Part shown: positions 61,040-64,000 of the stretch, piece after piece | Position numbering within the stretch: position 1 is the first letter of the stretch | How the letters are laid out: each line of letters starts with the position of its first letter | Origin: Macrostomum lignano | Lineage: Eukaryota | Reading direction: 5' to 3' | Assembly: GCA_002269645.1 (NCBI GenBank) | Contig: NIVC01002664.1 | Coordinates: 1 to 64,000 of the forward strand | Length of the DNA: 64,000 nt | The notes under the pieces: model-generated | What the model saw: only the letters and a program-made list of their open reading frames with translations | Told to the model about the DNA's origin: nothing | Database searches by the model: none | Made by a program: the position numbers and the translations under genes

Positions 61040-61607
61040 GCCTGCCTTGTCTCGTTCTGGCTGGCTGAGAAACCTGTGGTTTCGCTTCTAAATTAAAAGA
61101 TGATTATTGCATATATATTTTACACTTCGCTAGCTCAGACCGCTCTAATAGTAACATTATCATTTCTGCTAGGCATTGCAACCAACTATTTAGAGAAAAA
61201 GCAAGAGATGAAAGACAGGAAAGAGATGTGAGAGATAGAGAGACAAAAAATACGTAACTTGGCCTATTCCCAGCTACAAGTGGGGTCATAATAGCTTAGA
61301 GAAACTGCGGTATACCCAGTCCTGCATCACCTTGAATAGCTCGTATACTCTAGTTGGCGTACGTAGAAATTTAAACGAACTCAAAGTTAGTCTGTTTCTG
61401 GATGCTCGCTCTGTGCTCTTCTCTTTCTCCTGAGCAACAGCTCTTCTTAGAACTGCTTTGAAATTCTGTGAGCTGCTGGTAAACAGCTGTGAAAAATTTG
61501 TAAGCAATACTTGATGTCTCTGATGACCGCTTGCTAAAGGCCATTCATCATTATGTCATAATTATGTATTTAGCTTGATCTTTTACCAAATCTAGCTTTC
61601 AAATGTG

Positions 61608-62287
61608 CGTGATCTGTCATTCTATCCATGCGTGATCTGTCACTCAATCTATGCATGATCTGTCAGTCAATCCATGCATGATCCGTCACTCAATCCATGC
61701 GTGATCTGTCACTCAATCCATGCGTGATCTGTCATTCTATCCATGCGTGATCTGTCACTCAATCTATGCATGATCTGTCAGTCAATCCATGCATGATCCG
61801 TCACTCAATCCATGCGTGATTTGTCACTCAATCCATGCGTGATCTGTCACTCAATCCATGCGTGATCTGTCATTCTATCCATGCGTGATCTGTCACTCAA
61901 TCTATGCATGATCTGTCAGTCAATCCATGCATGATCCGTCACTCAATCCATGCGTGATCTGTCACTCAATCCATGCGTGATCTGTCACTCAATCCATGCA
62001 TGATCTGTCAGTCAATCCATGCATGATCCGTCACTCAATCCATGCGTGATCTGTCACTCAATCCATGCGTGATCTGTCACTCAATCCATGCGTGATCTGT
62101 CACTCAATCCATGCGTGATCTGTCACTCAATCCATGCGTGATCTGTCACTCAATCCATGCGTGATCTGTCACTCAATCCATGCTTGATCTGTCACTCAAT
62201 CCATGCGTGATCTGTCACTCAATCCATGCTTGATCTGTCACTCAACCCATGCTTGATCTGTCACTCAATCGATGCTTGATCTGTCAA
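61608..62287. repeat. 23-bp minisatellite (gtgatctgtcactcaatccatgc)
   Basis: Direct tandem copies. Confidence 0.96.
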
Positions 62288-62845
62288 AATGGCGGCAATT
62301 TCGCCTGCATTTAAATCGATAAACTGATGGAGAATTATTGAAGAGACTGAAGGCAGAAGAAACCGTCAATTATGTGCTTAAAAAGTGTAGATTTTCCCTT
62401 GCCAATGCGTTTTTTAGGCAAAACATCTTTCTTGCGGTCCTTGCTTTCTACATTGGCAGCAGAAAGTGCACAAAAAACACCCCCAGTTTGTTGCCAGCAA
62501 TCAGATGCCAGCCTTCATAAGCGCTCTGACAGATTAAATTTGTTAGCTGCAGTGAAGTCATATTAAGGAGGAGAGCTCTGAAGTTTAATCATATCCTGCA
62601 TTATGATATGGTGTACTGTGGCTCACCACTAATTCTTGGCTAGGCATTGAAGGCTGAAATAAATATGGAGTGAATAACTTCTTTGTCGATTGCAGAGCTG
62701 CGACAGAAATATGGAATGCCCGTGCATAATTGATGGGGCTTACTGCTTCAGATGAAGCTCTGAAGCGATTGCGGCTTGAATGAAGATGGCTGTGCAATGC
62801 GGACTCAGTGTGAATAGACTGGTTATGCTGGATATTGGATTAATA

Positions 62846-63757
<912 letters not shown>

Positions 63758-64000
63758 ATGGACATGAAAGGAACAGTCCTTAAAATTCTGACTTGACTCG
63801 GTCCGTGAGTGGCCAGGCTGCTCTGAGCCCAAGCCCAGGCTCCTCCAGCCTCCTATAAAGTTGCCTCATCATTGGTTTGTACGAGCTTCACTGTTCCAGA
63901 CTGTGGAAGCTCAAGTTGGCTCTGCAGGTGTGACTTGTTAACACAAACATATTAACAGCTGTAATATTTACATATTAACTCCTTTATTAACTGAGAACAG

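Overview
Eukaryotic (animal) genomic DNA: GC-rich exons with poly-Q/poly-A tracts sit in AT-rich spacers and introns packed with many unrelated mini/microsatellites. This style suggests a flatworm such as Macrostomum lignano (inference, not verified). Exons were assembled by hand from GT/GC-AG sites and frame checks. Host genes: an unknown 2-exon gene (3389-5605, -), two intronless rhodopsin-type GPCRs (-), a BBOX1-like gamma-butyrobetaine dioxygenase (+, 6 assembled exons, one GC-AG intron), an unknown single-pass membrane protein (-), an HtrA2/Omi-like protease (+), the LRP chaperone MESD (+, no in-frame ATG) and a 4-exon C22orf15/CXorf65-like gene (-). Mobile elements: tRNA-derived SINEs; a three-layer nest (hAT-type MITE, then RNase H-bearing LINE, then an 884-bp TA..TA insertion); a 767-bp fold-back element with a 9-bp TSD; a mariner relic; a young 4.5-kb Ty3/Gypsy; and an apparently complete ~2-kb Crypton-type tyrosine-recombinase transposon. 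Top leads: (1) the Crypton, with an intact catalytic set, TGTA terminal direct repeats, repeated 11-bp subterminal motifs and a lox/dif-like palindrome; (2) MESD apparently taking its start codon from a trans-spliced leader, possibly in an HtrA2-MESD operon. No database searches could be run; repeat boundaries are approximate.
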